Sequence record: OL631482.1
DNA from: Escherichia phage ECML-359
Reading direction: 5' to 3' (one strand)
Length of the DNA: 64,000 nucleotides
Shown: piece by piece, positions 1-10,151 of the stretch
Position numbering within the stretch: the first letter of the stretch is position 1
Layout of the letters: each line of letters opens with the position of its first letter
Notes under the pieces: generated by a model
Databases searched by the model: none
What the model saw: only the letters and a program-made list of their open reading frames with translations
Told to the model about the DNA's origin: nothing
Position numbers and translations under genes: made by a program

Positions 1-744
1 TCGTAGTTAATAGTTTCGTTTGGATAAAAAATCTTCCGATGCCAGGTGGTTTCATTCGGAATAAATTTCATCTCTTCGGTTTCTGTATCAAATTCCCAGA
101 ATCCGCGCGGGTCATTCTCATCACCTGCTGTTAATGTCCATGGCGTTCCTATGTACTTAACGTTCGCAGCTTCTGAAATGGTATGGAAGTGCCCAGACCA
201 AACTTGCTTGTACTTCTTAAGGAAATCAGGCTCAAGCCCGTGGGATTTCAATCCTTTATAGAAATAAAACCCGGTTAATTCCCAGTGACCGATGCAATAT
301 TCGGCACCAGAAGTTTTGATGTGTTGATGAATGTCAGTCGCGTTCTCGTCACACATCCATGGAATCATATCAATCTGACAACCGTCAAAATCAACAGTCG
401 TTGGCTTGTCGTAGATTTTAACATGGTCATACTTATTCAGGAGTTCGGTGATAGCATTAGGATGAATCTTATTCTTCAGATTCATGTCATGGTTCCCGAC
501 TATCGTGTGCATAGTAATTCCTGCTTCACGAAGGAGTTCCATAATCTCGCGGCTGAATTCCATTGTCTTATGCGTTACGGCCTTACGGACGTCAAAAATA
601 TCACCATATTGAATCCAAACTTTAATTCCATTCGCTTTGGAATATGCAATCGCCTGTAAAATACCATCACGTTGAATGTTTTGAGCCCATGGGTCGTCAG
701 CTTTGACACCCAAGTGCCAATCACCTAAATTTAAAATTTTCATA
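1..744 (-). CDS. 47: recombination endonuclease subunit gp47 (Mre11-like phosphoesterase), 3-prime end cut by window edge
   Basis: Not in ORF track (no stop in window). Reverse translation from ATG at 744 gives MKILNLGDWHLGVKADD...GNHD...GHFH, matching T4 gp47 as recalled. Confidence 0.85.
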
Positions 745-940
745 AGCCAAGCGCCGTTATCGCAGTGCAAAATAAAATTATTGAAATGAACCCGTCAGGA
801 GTAGAAAAGAATCCTATCCAACAAGCTCGTGTGAATGTGTAGAATGCCATGAATAACACAACATATCCTAAAAATAATTCCATATAATCTCCTCAGTTGG
901 TTCATTTTATCATCCCGAATATAAAGCAAAAAAGGAAGCA

Positions 941-1114
941 CTAGGCTTCCTTTCCAATTAATACACCATACAGAGGTTCATGAGAAGACCTGAACTTGAT
1001 AGGCTTATAGGTAATAGTACCTTCATTTTCTGCTTTAATACGAGCGGCTTCAAATTGAAGTATCATCTCATTTTTATCAGATTTAATCTTATCAAAATCC
1101 GTCGAATTCGTCAT
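941..1114 (-). CDS. hypothetical small protein (57 aa)
   Basis: ATG at 1114 with AAGAGG 8 nt upstream; below ORF-track size cutoff; own translation. Confidence 0.3.
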   Translation of the reverse strand: MTNSTDFDKIKSDKNEMILQFEAARIKAENEGTITYKPIKFRSSHEPLYGVLIGKEA

Positions 1115-1269
1115 TCATATGACCTCTTAAAAATCAGGATGTTCGTCTTGAAATATATTACCCAATCGTTTTAATTCGTCGGAAGTAAGAATATCTACAT
1201 CATCAATAGTCATAATACACCTCTTAAACTTTTTCGTATTCGTCATTCATTAACCAGCAGTCCATGTTA

Positions 1270-1470
1270 TCATCGTTGCCACCACTTCTTAAGTTGATGT
1301 GAATCCACCCAAACCTTGGCTACAGGCTCAATCCGAAAAATTTCATCGGAATACTGCCCAACCATTTTATATTCGGTTTCAGTCTGCTTGATACAGATAT
1401 TACCATATGAGCGAAGTCTGAAAGCGGCTCCGACAAGAAGCCGCTTAAAAGGTTTATTTACTAATGCCAT
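1270..1470 (-). CDS. hypothetical protein (66 aa)
   Basis: ORF track; co-oriented with early genes. Confidence 0.4.
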   Translation of the reverse strand: MALVNKPFKRLLVGAAFRLRSYGNICIKQTETEYKMVGQYSDEIFRIEPVAKVWVDSHQLKKWWQR

Positions 1471-1765
1471 TTACGATTTCCCAAATTTGTTTGCGAGTAG
1501 TTTCCCACATCAACTTAATCAGGTCTTCCGTAACTGGTTGGCGGTAAATTCCACGCAGTTTAACTAAAGCATATTTGTATGCTTCAAAATTGTTTTCCAG
1601 CACTGCCCCTTGAGCATGCTTATTCAGTCGTGCAATTTCACGAGCATTCTTTTTCAGAATCTTTGCCGCTTGACTCTGTGCTTCGAGTGCGTTCGCTTCT
1701 TCGAGACGTTCCTGTGCTTCTTCAATCTGCTTATCGGTCAGTTGAGAAATATCTGGAGCTTGCAT
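1454..1765 (-). CDS. hypothetical protein (103 aa)
   Basis: ORF track; co-oriented, helical/charged composition. Confidence 0.5.
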   Translation of the reverse strand: MQAPDISQLTDKQIEEAQERLEEANALEAQSQAAKILKKNAREIARLNKHAQGAVLENNFEAYKYALVKLRGIYRQPVTEDLIKLMWETTRKQIWEIVNGISK

Positions 1766-1766
1766 A

Positions 1767-2018
1767 TTAATCCTTGGGAGTTAACTCAATTGTAAAATAT
1801 AGATTAGCATTATCCACATGATAACGGTAATCAACGTTATTATCCGGCGAAGTAAATTCCAGATTCCGGACGTTTAAAGGGTCGATATCAATTGGAAGAC
1901 CTTTTATGTCTCGCAGATAAAGTTTAATGAAATATGGGAGCGCAGTAAAGTCTTCCTCGATTTTATCTAAAAAATCGGTAATATCAAATTGATGTTCCAT
2001 ATAAAAAATCCAAATCAC
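1767..2018 (-). CDS. hypothetical protein (83 aa; start may be the internal Met at 2000)
   Basis: ORF track; overlaps gp55 3-prime end. Confidence 0.45.
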   Translation of the reverse strand: MIWIFYMEHQFDITDFLDKIEEDFTALPYFIKLYLRDIKGLPIDIDPLNVRNLEFTSPDNNVDYRYHVDNANLYFTIELTPKD

Positions 2019-2541
2019 CTTCTTTATCTTTGGCGCTCTTATCAGACCCTGGCGCTTTAACTAAAGAGGATTCGTACTGTGTCATTTTGTCATAGATGTC
2101 CTGGATAAATGTTTCATCAGCCAGAGCCACCATATCGTCGTCACGTGAATCATACACGTTATGAACGAAGTAGCTATATTTCTTTGCCATTTCTTTACGT
2201 TCTTTTTTGATACGCTGAACGAAAGCATTGAAGCAAGCCATTGTTATGTAAGCATGTGGATTATCGTATTTTGTTTCGTCGAAGTTATGAAGACCTTTTA
2301 TTGCGGCCTCAATTCCGTCTGCAATCATTTCTTGCTTCCAGGATTGGGTATATCCGGAGAAGTTGAAACGTTTGCTAAGACCTTCGGCTATAAGCATAAT
2401 TGCCAGACCAATAACATCGTTCTGGCGAATAATTTTATTCGGGTCGGTGTTCGCATTCAGCTTCTGTTTCCACTCCGAAATAGCTTTCAGAAGCTCTTTA
2501 TTATTTACATAGTTATTCTTGGTTAATTTAATTTCGTTCAT
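1984..2541 (-). CDS. 55: late-transcription sigma factor gp55
   Basis: 185 aa; near-identical blocks to T4 gp55 as recalled ([41 protein letters not shown]). Confidence 0.9.
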   Translation of the reverse strand: MNEIKLTKNNYVNNKELLKAISEWKQKLNANTDPNKIIRQNDVIGLAIMLIAEGLSKRFNFSGYTQSWKQEMIADGIEAAIKGLHNFDETKYDNPHAYITMACFNAFVQRIKKERKEMAKKYSYFVHNVYDSRDDDMVALADETFIQDIYDKMTQYESSLVKAPGSDKSAKDKEGDLDFLYGTSI

Positions 2542-2589
2542 ATCGCCTCGCTTAGTATATGAATATTATATCATCCTTAATACAAAGCA

Positions 2590-2856
2590 TTAGCGAAGTA
2601 AACAGTAAGCCTGAAAGACCTTCTCCATAATTGCCTTAAATTCATGAATGTCAATATAAGGAATAACCTCGGCATCACTAATGAATTCCATCAAACGGTC
2701 ATGCTCGTTGTGGTATTGTCCTTCATTCAGCATACTGATATGGGACTCCCAAGAGCCATACCCTTCTGCGTGCGGAAAGAATGTTATTTTCATGAATTCA
2801 TCCACCCAAAACGTTCCCAGGCCCTGGACGGATATCATTGTATGATTGATGTGCAT
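2590..2856 (-). CDS. hypothetical protein (88 aa)
   Basis: ORF track; tight packing with neighbours. Confidence 0.5.
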   Translation of the reverse strand: MHINHTMISVQGLGTFWVDEFMKITFFPHAEGYGSWESHISMLNEGQYHNEHDRLMEFISDAEVIPYIDIHEFKAIMEKVFQAYCLLR

Positions 2857-3122
2857 CAGTACACCATCTGAGCAGCTTCTAAAACATCGTCAAGCTTATC
2901 AAACTGGTCAACATAATCAATCCCACCTACTTCATCTTTGGCATACAACCAATACTGATGGAATTCATATTCAATAATAAAGTGGTCACCTTCAATCTGG
3001 AGGACACCAACATCATTAAATTGAACTGCATAACCCGCCAGACGTACATCATTCAGGAGTTCTTCTTTCATAGTAATCATTTCCAGGTTTTTCTCATAAT
3101 GAGAGAGTTTAATTTTAATCAT
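2856..3122 (-). CDS. hypothetical protein (88 aa)
   Basis: ORF track; start/stop junction with neighbours. Confidence 0.5.
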   Translation of the reverse strand: MIKIKLSHYEKNLEMITMKEELLNDVRLAGYAVQFNDVGVLQIEGDHFIIEYEFHQYWLYAKDEVGGIDYVDQFDKLDDVLEAAQMVY

Positions 3123-3363
3123 TTAAGTAGTCCAGGAATTCGTCTAATGTCATGCCTTCCGCCCAAGCTATTTTAGGGTCAAGCATTTTCATATAAGTGG
3201 TCTTAGAGCTTATAGGAAGTATCCTGAAATCATAATGACTTCCACGTAGCCTCTTAGCCTCTTTTATAATAGTTTCACTATTAACCATCATAGATGTACG
3301 TTGGAAACCAGATAAAGCTTTAAGGACGATTATGGCTGATACACCTTCTGGTAAATTATTCAT
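3115..3363 (-). CDS. hypothetical protein (82 aa)
   Basis: ORF track; start overlaps upstream stop. Confidence 0.5.
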   Translation of the reverse strand: MNNLPEGVSAIIVLKALSGFQRTSMMVNSETIIKEAKRLRGSHYDFRILPISSKTTYMKMLDPKIAWAEGMTLDEFLDYLND

Positions 3364-3686
3364 TTCGCACCCTTAACAATTTTCAGGTCAACAAAACCTT
3401 TCTTGCGCTGGGACTTCATACGCTTGATAGCTTTATCAGAAACTTCTTTGTTTTCGCGCAGAAGCGGCAGACCAAACGCTACTACATCAAATTCATTCAG
3501 GATATACTGGACAAGGCTTTCACGAATACGCGCTTTACCCATTGTCTGACCTTCTGCAATAATCAGTTTCTGTACATCGCCTTCCCACTGGTCCAGAATC
3601 TCAGGGGTAACAAAACCAGATTTCATCAGAGTGTTAACTTTAGCAAATGCGAAATTAGCGATGATGTTAGTGATAGATGCAGTCAT
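3360..3686 (-). CDS. hypothetical protein (108 aa)
   Basis: ORF track; promoter-like element upstream. Confidence 0.55.
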   Translation of the reverse strand: MTASITNIIANFAFAKVNTLMKSGFVTPEILDQWEGDVQKLIIAEGQTMGKARIRESLVQYILNEFDVVAFGLPLLRENKEVSDKAIKRMKSQRKKGFVDLKIVKGAK

Positions 3687-3734
3687 GATATATTCCTCAG
3701 TCTCATTAAATTAAAATTTTATTATCCTGGGGCC

Positions 3735-3763
3735 ATTATACCATGACCCCGTTGGTTTTTATT
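3735..3763 (-). promoter_or_regulatory. sigma70-type early promoter candidate with extended -10 (TGgTATAAT), weak -35
   Basis: Minus-strand reading catggTATAAT at 3735-3745, about 45 nt upstream of ATG 3686. Confidence 0.4.
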
Positions 3764-3956
3764 GCGCTTTAGCCGCTTTCCAGCCTTCATACATCATTGC
3801 GGCTGATATTAATATCGCTCCTGAGCAACTTGAATATTTGTGATTCCAAAACCAGTTCAGAAAAACTTCGTCATCAATGCCTTGAGCTATCATATTTTCA
3901 AAGAACTGGCGACGAGATTCAGCAATTCGTTGCGATAATTTAGATTCAGGATTCAT
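3759..3956 (-). CDS. hypothetical protein (65 aa)
   Basis: ORF track. Confidence 0.45.
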   Translation of the reverse strand: MNPESKLSQRIAESRRQFFENMIAQGIDDEVFLNWFWNHKYSSCSGAILISAAMMYEGWKAAKAQ

Positions 3957-4181
3957 TTAAATTTTCCAGTTACCGTTTTCATCAATAAATTCAATCCAGT
4001 CATTTACTGACCACTTAGTTGTATCGCCTTTTGGAGCAGAATTTAAAGCGTATAATCCTTGTTTAAAAAGCATTCGTTTGATATTCATGTTTTCCTCAGC
4101 TGTAACGATAGCACTCGTTTGATTTACGTTTTGCAACAAGATGAGAAGTATTATAATCCAAATCATCCTCAACGTATACAT
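3957..4181 (-). CDS. hypothetical small protein (start uncertain; overlaps 4096..4389)
   Basis: ORF track; hydrophobic N-terminus may be an out-of-frame artefact; internal Met near 4088 possible. Confidence 0.35.
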   Translation of the reverse strand: MYTLRMIWIIILLILLQNVNQTSAIVTAEENMNIKRMLFKQGLYALNSAPKGDTTKWSVNDWIEFIDENGNWKI

Positions 4182-4389
4182 CTTTTTTCAACTGACGAAC
4201 TTCTTTACGCAGTTGACGATTCATCTCATTCTTGACTTCTGAATCAACGCCACGCATACGCTTCCATTTGTCTGAACGAAAGATATTTTCTTCAACTTGT
4301 TCCTGACTTACACCATCAGGCGCCTGACGACGCCCTGAATAATAAAAATCTTTTACAGACAATTCTTTACGACGGATAGTTTTACCCAT
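4096..4389 (-). CDS. hypothetical basic protein (97 aa)
   Basis: ORF track; Lys/Arg-rich. Confidence 0.45.
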   Translation of the reverse strand: MGKTIRRKELSVKDFYYSGRRQAPDGVSQEQVEENIFRSDKWKRMRGVDSEVKNEMNRQLRKEVRQLKKDVYVEDDLDYNTSHLVAKRKSNECYRYS

Positions 4390-4391
4390 AG

Positions 4392-4646
4392 TTACCTCAA
4401 CAGTTTGTATCCAATAAGATTTTTAATGTACTGGATATCTTTGACATCCAAATCCAACTTAAGGTCTTTCAGACGGTCGCACAGGGTCAAAAAGGTTACA
4501 TGCTTCCAATTCTTCACTGGGCAGCAATAAGTCTTAGGACCATTTGCAATTTCAATATTCTTATCAGTGACGGTGAGAAAAATTAGGCGCTCATCATCCA
4601 GATTAAGGGTAATGATATTTTTCATTGAGTGTAATTTCAGACTCAT
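4392..4646 (-). CDS. hypothetical protein (84 aa)
   Basis: ORF track. Confidence 0.5.
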   Translation of the reverse strand: MSLKLHSMKNIITLNLDDERLIFLTVTDKNIEIANGPKTYCCPVKNWKHVTFLTLCDRLKDLKLDLDVKDIQYIKNLIGYKLLR

Positions 4647-4819
4647 AATTTAATTTCCTTAGCTATCGAACAAAACACTCCACGGTCACAAATCATTTTA
4701 ATACCAAGGTCAATTATGGTATACCACACATCCAGGCTAGATATTTCAGTTACTAAAACAGCTTTGCCGTTGATTGAATAATACTGGTTGACTTTAATTT
4801 CTTTATCTTCAATAACCAT
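4643..4819 (-). CDS. hypothetical small protein (58 aa)
   Basis: ATG at 4819 directly after promoter cassette with GAGGAAAAC SD; stop overlaps next ATG (ATGA); not in track. Confidence 0.35.
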   Translation of the reverse strand: MVIEDKEIKVNQYYSINGKAVLVTEISSLDVWYTIIDLGIKMICDRGVFCSIAKEIKL

Positions 4820-4887
4820 TTTGTTTTCCTCATCAGTAGTTGATGGGATAATGATACACCGTTCAAAGGGGCTTGTACACCCCTTTT

Positions 4888-5205
4888 TTAATCTTCAATT
4901 AAGTCCTGGTCGTACCCCAGGGATATCAGTTTTGTTTTAAAGGCAGGAATATTTGTCATTTTTTCATCATTGACAAAAATCACTGGGTAACGAATGTTAA
5001 GGGTAGGATATCCAGCACGCTTAGCCAAAGACACGATTAAAGGCCTGTCATAAGCGATTTCAGAGCCTTGTTTGTTAAGGACTGAATAGAATGTATAAGG
5101 AAGGTTTAAGGAGCCCAGAAGGCTCCTGACGTGCATACAACCAGGGCATCGACCGACTTCTTCGGGGATACCATAGATTTCAATCTTAGTCGAGTTTTGG
5201 CCCAC
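4888..5205 (-). CDS. glutaredoxin/NrdH-like redoxin
   Basis: CPGC dithiol motif near N-terminus; sits next to nrdG/nrdD as T4 nrdH does. Confidence 0.55.
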   Translation of the reverse strand: MGQNSTKIEIYGIPEEVGRCPGCMHVRSLLGSLNLPYTFYSVLNKQGSEIAYDRPLIVSLAKRAGYPTLNIRYPVIFVNDEKMTNIPAFKTKLISLGYDQDLIED

Positions 5206-5485
5206 AGGAAATCACTCCTTGGTAGTTCCAGGTTTTAATAACTTCTTCATCGCTGGCGGTTGCATACGGGACATAAATCTGAATAAGGAAACCTGTGTCA
5301 TCGAAAGAGAAATAAACCGTCGGTTTGATTCCATGAATCTCAGATAGAGCATAGATATCTTTAAGGTCTTCTTCTTTATCAGCAAAGAATTTCGGGTCCA
5401 GGTCACAGTCGTGGAAGTACCATTCATCACCGAACTTGTCCCACGCGGTCCAATTAGTAGCTACATATTCTTCAAAACGTTTCAT
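5186..5485 (-). CDS. hypothetical protein (99 aa)
   Basis: ORF track. Confidence 0.5.
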   Translation of the reverse strand: MKRFEEYVATNWTAWDKFGDEWYFHDCDLDPKFFADKEEDLKDIYALSEIHGIKPTVYFSFDDTGFLIQIYVPYATASDEEVIKTWNYQGVISCGPKLD

Positions 5486-5721
5486 TCTTTCACCTTCATC
5501 ATTTTAGCAATAACACTATGCACAGCCTGGATTCGTTTGTCGAACTCAGACCCTTCGAGGCCCTTTTCAGTACTCAGGGCACCAATCATCACAAACAGCA
5601 ATCCAAATGGGATAACCAGGATTAAAAGGCACACAATAAACAGGACAAATGTAATATTGGCCAGGATATCAGAAACAGCATTACGAAATTTATTCATATT
5701 TACCCTTAATTGATTAACCAA
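5482..5721 (-). CDS. hypothetical membrane protein (79 aa)
   Basis: Long hydrophobic segment ILANITFVLFIVCLLILVIPFGLLFVMIGAL. Confidence 0.5.
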   Translation of the reverse strand: MVNQLRVNMNKFRNAVSDILANITFVLFIVCLLILVIPFGLLFVMIGALSTEKGLEGSEFDKRIQAVHSVIAKMMKVKE

Positions 5722-5811
5722 GCATTGATAAGCACTAAACTATACTGCGAATAAAATTCTGGACCAAAATGAAAAATCATATCATTTATAGTATCCATAA
5801 TATAATTAAAT

Positions 5812-6282
5812 TTAATCATGTTTCCACACCCCATTGGTATTTGACCAAAGTCGCTGATTATCTGACCCTCGCCACAGTTTTTTGGTCGGAAGATTTTTCT
5901 CATACTTCCCATCAATAATAACATCAACATATTTAAGCATTTCTAGTTGTTTAATATCTTCAAACTTATATCCTGTCCACATCCAAATGCTTTTATTTGG
6001 ATAAAGATTTTTAACAGTTTGAACCACAGAGTGAATAACATCTCGGTTATCAGGATAGAGAGGGTCTCCTCCAGTTATAGTTAATCCTTCTATATAATCA
6101 TTATTCAAACATTCAATTAATTGTTCTAGTGTTTCACCAGTGAATGGAATACCATTTCTAGCGTTCCATGTTGATTTATTATAACACCCTTCACATTTAT
6201 GCAAACAACCTGTAACGAAAAGAACGACCCTGCAACCAGGGCCATTAATAAAATCACAAGGATAAATTCTATCATAATTCAT
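5812..6282 (-). CDS. nrdG: anaerobic ribonucleotide reductase activating protein (radical SAM)
   Basis: 156 aa; CLHKCEGC radical-SAM cysteine cluster; adjacent to nrdD. Confidence 0.9.
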   Translation of the reverse strand: MNYDRIYPCDFINGPGCRVVLFVTGCLHKCEGCYNKSTWNARNGIPFTGETLEQLIECLNNDYIEGLTITGGDPLYPDNRDVIHSVVQTVKNLYPNKSIWMWTGYKFEDIKQLEMLKYVDVIIDGKYEKNLPTKKLWRGSDNQRLWSNTNGVWKHD

Positions 6283-8096
6283 TGGTGTTTAACCCTATGC
6301 ATGATTTCTTTATTTTTGCCGAGATTAAATCCGCGTTCGTTCGGATTTCCCAAATAACCGCAAGTTCTTCTTATTGTGTTCATCTTTTTAGGGTCAGTTT
6401 CTCCACAAATAGAACAAACAAATCCGTTTTCAGTAGGAGTCATTTCATGGGTACTTCCACACGTAAAACATTTATCTACTGGCATGTTAACACCAAAATA
6501 ATCTAAATGTTGCGCGGCATAATCCCATACAGCCTCAAGACCTTTTAGGTTATTTTTCATATCAGGAAGTTCAACATAAGAAATGTGACCACCTGTCGCA
6601 ATGAAATGATATGGTGCTTCACGAGAAATCTTTTCAAACGGAGTGATATTTTCTTCTACTGAAACATGGAAACTGTTAGTGTACCATCCTTTATCGGTAA
6701 CATCTTTTACACTTCCATATTTTTCAGTATCAAGTTTACAGAAGCGATAACAAAGGTTTTCAGCAGGAGTAGAATACAAGCTAAAAGCAAAACCGGTTCT
6801 TTCAGTCCACTGCTTAAGACGAGCATTCATTTTAGTCAAAATTTCTTGTCCAATATCACGACCGACAAGAATATTCAATTCGTGAATACCAATGTATCCC
6901 AAAGACACTGAACTTCTACCGTTTTTAAATAACTCAATTATATCATCATCGGGTTTAAGACGAACCCCGAATGCACCTTCTTGGTAAAGAATAGGAGCAA
7001 CAGTCGCTTTAACTCCTTTTAAGGAATTAATTCTACACATCAAAGCTTCAAAACACAAATCCATTCGCTCATTGAACAATTCGATAAATTTCTGTTCATT
7101 GAACTGTGTTCCAATATAAGAATCTAACGCAATGCGAGGAAGATTCAGTGTTACAACGCCAAGATTATTACGTCCATCAAGAATTTCATTGCCAGTCGAA
7201 TCTTTCCATAAGCTCAAGAAACTACGGCAACCCATTGGAGAAACAGGAATAGATGAACCGGTGATAGCTTTGTTATTCTTAACTGAAATAATATCAGGAT
7301 ACATCCTTTTGCTTGCACACTCTAGAGCAAGCTGCTTAATATCATAGTTCGGGTCGTCTTTATAAAGATTAACACCTTCTTCAACGAACATAACAAGTTT
7401 AGGGAAAATAGGAGTTATCCCATCGCGACCAAGGCCTTTAATACGATTTTTCAGAATTGCTTTCTGAATCATTCGTTCAGTCCAGTCAGTTCCCGTGCCA
7501 AACGTAATTGTCACAAAAGGCGTTTGCCCATTTGAACTAAAGAGCGTATTTACTTCATATTCATAAGCTTGGAATGCATCGTATACGTCTTTTTCTGTTT
7601 TAGATTGGGCATAATTCAATGCATCAGTGATTTGCCATTTTTCTGCATCTTCAATATGTTTTGCGTATGTACGTTTAACATAAGGAGAAAATACTTTGTC
7701 TACATTAGCAAAAGTCGTTCCGCCATATTGGTGAGAAGCAACCTGTGCAGTAATTTGTGCCATAATTGCAGTAGCAACACCGATTGATTTAGGAGTTTCA
7801 ATCTGTGCATTACCAAGCTTAAATCCGTTCTCAAGCATTCCTTTTAAATCTACTAAACAGCAATTAGTAAATGGAAGAGCAGGGGAATAATCAATATCAT
7901 GGAAATGAATAATTCCACTTTCATGTGCTTTCATAATAAAAGACGCGACCATATTTTTGGCAATGTGTTTAGATACAATACCAGCCATAAGGTCCCGTTG
8001 AGTTGGAAAAACACGAGAATCTTTATTAGCATTCTCGTTTAAAAGGTCTTTATTAGTTTTATGAATCAATCCTTCAATTTCGTTTTCAATTGTCAT
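6279..8096 (-). CDS. nrdD: anaerobic ribonucleoside-triphosphate reductase (class III)
   Basis: 605 aa; C-terminal glycyl-radical motif RRTCGYLG and CxxC zinc ribbon; continuous ORF with no intron. Confidence 0.95.
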   Translation of the reverse strand: MTIENEIEGLIHKTNKDLLNENANKDSRVFPTQRDLMAGIVSKHIAKNMVASFIMKAHESGIIHFHDIDYSPALPFTNCCLVDLKGMLENGFKLGNAQIETPKSIGVATAIMAQITAQVASHQYGGTTFANVDKVFSPYVKRTYAKHIEDAEKWQITDALNYAQSKTEKDVYDAFQAYEYEVNTLFSSNGQTPFVTITFGTGTDWTERMIQKAILKNRIKGLGRDGITPIFPKLVMFVEEGVNLYKDDPNYDIKQLALECASKRMYPDIISVKNNKAITGSSIPVSPMGCRSFLSLWKDSTGNEILDGRNNLGVVTLNLPRIALDSYIGTQFNEQKFIELFNERMDLCFEALMCRINSLKGVKATVAPILYQEGAFGVRLKPDDDIIELFKNGRSSVSLGYIGIHELNILVGRDIGQEILTKMNARLKQWTERTGFAFSLYSTPAENLCYRFCKLDTEKYGSVKDVTDKGWYTNSFHVSVEENITPFEKISREAPYHFIATGGHISYVELPDMKNNLKGLEAVWDYAAQHLDYFGVNMPVDKCFTCGSTHEMTPTENGFVCSICGETDPKKMNTIRRTCGYLGNPNERGFNLGKNKEIMHRVKHQ

Positions 8097-8566
8097 TTTA
8101 AACTCTTTCTAAGCTGCTTCTTAAATGAAGCCATTAATTGTGTTTTGGTGTCAGATTCATTATAAGTCATACCATTCAAAAGCATTTCCCGAATCATTTC
8201 TTCTTTCCCCAGACGACCGAACTCTTTGGCTTTGTCTGTTACAAAATTGGGGTGAATATTGTTTTCGGTATAATCAGATTTCAGATAGACAAGCAAACTC
8301 TCTAACCATTCCAGGTAGTCAACATCGCGACTTTTTAGACCTGAACGGCTGAACTTATGCTTCATTTGTCCTTCTGTTCCATTGCACAGATTGCATAGTA
8401 ACCCGCGAACCTTACCAGCTTTTGGCCCGTTCAATTCGTGGTCATGGTCAAGATGGTTGGCCTGAACATCGGTGTCCAAATCACGGTGGCAAATTGGACA
8501 CTTACCAGCTTGTGCATCATAAAGTTTTTGTTTTTCTTCTTTGTATAATTTGCCAGTCAACAACAT
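8093..8566 (-). CDS. 49: endonuclease VII (Holliday junction resolvase)
   Basis: 157 aa; CPICHRDL...ANHLDHDHELNGPKAGKVRGLLCNLCN matches T4 gp49 as recalled. Confidence 0.9.
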   Translation of the reverse strand: MLLTGKLYKEEKQKLYDAQAGKCPICHRDLDTDVQANHLDHDHELNGPKAGKVRGLLCNLCNGTEGQMKHKFSRSGLKSRDVDYLEWLESLLVYLKSDYTENNIHPNFVTDKAKEFGRLGKEEMIREMLLNGMTYNESDTKTQLMASFKKQLRKSLK

Positions 8567-8777
8567 AATAAACCCTTACCATTATTAGATAAGGGTATTT
8601 ATTAAATCTTATAAAACGCGCGGTGTAACCGTTTAAATTGACGAATCATCTTTTTAGTAGGACGAGTATACAATCCCACACAGGTGGCCATAAACTGGTC
8701 AGTAGGGCTTCCTTTGATAAGAAGTTTCCAGACCTTGTCACCGTTTAACTTTTCGGTATAGACTAATGCAGTTTTCA

Positions 8778-9050
8778 TTAAACAATCCTAAAACAAGGAT
8801 AATGGCATTCAACGTTACCATTATCAATTATCATATACTCAGTGATACAGGTCCATGACCCTTCAATTTCTATGGTATCAAAAAGGTATTCATCTGTTTC
8901 AACAACGTCCCAAACATTACATTCAACGTCAGGGTCAAAACGTTGTCTTAACGCATGGATAACATCACCATTTTTAAATCCTGCGTCTTGAAGCTCTTTC
9001 ATAAAACCTGATTGAGCAGCCGCATGAATATTAACAATTTCTAAAAACAT
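8778..9050 (-). CDS. hypothetical protein (90 aa)
   Basis: ORF track. Confidence 0.5.
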   Translation of the reverse strand: MFLEIVNIHAAAQSGFMKELQDAGFKNGDVIHALRQRFDPDVECNVWDVVETDEYLFDTIEIEGSWTCITEYMIIDNGNVECHYPCFRIV

Positions 9051-9224
9051 TAAAAGGCCTCATCAGCAAAGCGAAGTTGAGCTTCAAGCCAATGGATATA
9101 ATCCGCCGCGGCAAAAATTAAAGCAGATTCTTCATCAGGTAACTTACGGGAATCCGACAGTTCATAAAGTGATTTTTCAATCAGGCGGCCTTTATGACGG
9201 CCAATTTCAATTTTGGTACTCATA
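9051..9224 (-). CDS. hypothetical small protein (57 aa)
   Basis: Own translation from ATG 9224; stop abuts next ATG; not in track. Confidence 0.3.
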
Positions 9225-9340
9225 TCCAAACTCCATATCGATTAAATCATTGTTTGAAGGTTCATTATAATCTATTTCGGAATCGTTGTAAACAGGTTCC
9301 TCTGGCTCGACAGTTTCCCATCGAGCGGTGTACCATGGTT

Positions 9341-9661
9341 TTATAGCGTAATCCATTCTCTGATAGTTTGGGTTACGACACGTTCTTGGAGCTTAACCAG
9401 TTCAACAGTCGGGACCATATGGTCCCAGTCGGTATGATAAGAACCGGTACGAGTTTCGTTTACAGCCACATGCACATTATGTTTTTTGCTGAAATAAATT
9501 GCCTGGCGATATTGGTATTTGCCGGTTTGTGTCCATTCGCCTAATTCAACCGGAACCAGGTAGTCCGAAAATTCAAACTCGTATGATTCAGTAAACGCAT
9601 CATGGTCTTCAATGATTTCGCTTAAAACAGCATCAACATCTAATTCATTTTCAATAGTCAT
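9341..9661 (-). CDS. hypothetical protein (106 aa)
   Basis: ORF track; start overlaps upstream stop. Confidence 0.5.
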   Translation of the reverse strand: MTIENELDVDAVLSEIIEDHDAFTESYEFEFSDYLVPVELGEWTQTGKYQYRQAIYFSKKHNVHVAVNETRTGSYHTDWDHMVPTVELVKLQERVVTQTIREWITL

Positions 9662-9966
9662 TGGTCACTCCAATAGCTTGATACTTCAAAATCAGGCTCG
9701 CCGTCGTCCCAGTACCAGGGACCCACCGGATGCCAATCGCCATGCTTATCTTCTTCATATTCTATAGATTCAAGCCCAACGTATTGCCATTGGACTTCAT
9801 AAGCAGTGCCACCAATTACAACAGTGTTCTCGCCATACGGGTTAGCCACAGCAAAGTCAATACCTTCTTCCTTTGCCAGGGCGACCATGTATTCGTATAG
9901 TTTATATTCCAGGTCGTCTTCGTTGCCATCGCCCAGATAAATTGTTTGTCCTTCTAATTCAATCAT
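9658..9966 (-). CDS. hypothetical acidic protein (102 aa)
   Basis: ORF track; Asp/Glu/Trp/Tyr-rich. Confidence 0.5.
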   Translation of the reverse strand: MIELEGQTIYLGDGNEDDLEYKLYEYMVALAKEEGIDFAVANPYGENTVVIGGTAYEVQWQYVGLESIEYEEDKHGDWHPVGPWYWDDGEPDFEVSSYWSDQ

Positions 9967-10151
9967 AATTCCACCATAAATTCAAATAACTGGTCGCGTA
10001 CACAAGTATCAGTCCAACCCCATTCGTTGGCTTCTTCTTTTAACCAATCCGGGAGATTTGCCAATACGGTTTCTTTACTAGGCGCAGGAGTATCAAACTC
10101 TCTTGCAAACTCTCTTGCGCAGGTTTTATAGGCCATATCAAATTCGGTCAT
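9963..10151 (-). CDS. hypothetical protein (62 aa)
   Basis: ORF track. Confidence 0.45.
   Translation of the reverse strand: MTEFDMAYKTCAREFAREFDTPAPSKETVLANLPDWLKEEANEWGWTDTCVRDQLFEFMVEL

Noticed and set aside
4868-4889. GGGGcttgtacaCCCC plus T-run read as a plus-strand terminator
   Set aside because: There are no plus-strand genes nearby; the loop holds the minus-strand -35 (TGTACA), so it is better read as the hairpin part of the promoter cassette. The same applies at 34542-34564.
6279-8096. Group I intron in nrdD (T4 nrdD/sunY carries one)
   Set aside because: The 605-aa reading frame is continuous and colinear with full-length NrdD, with no interruption or intron-encoded endonuclease ORF.
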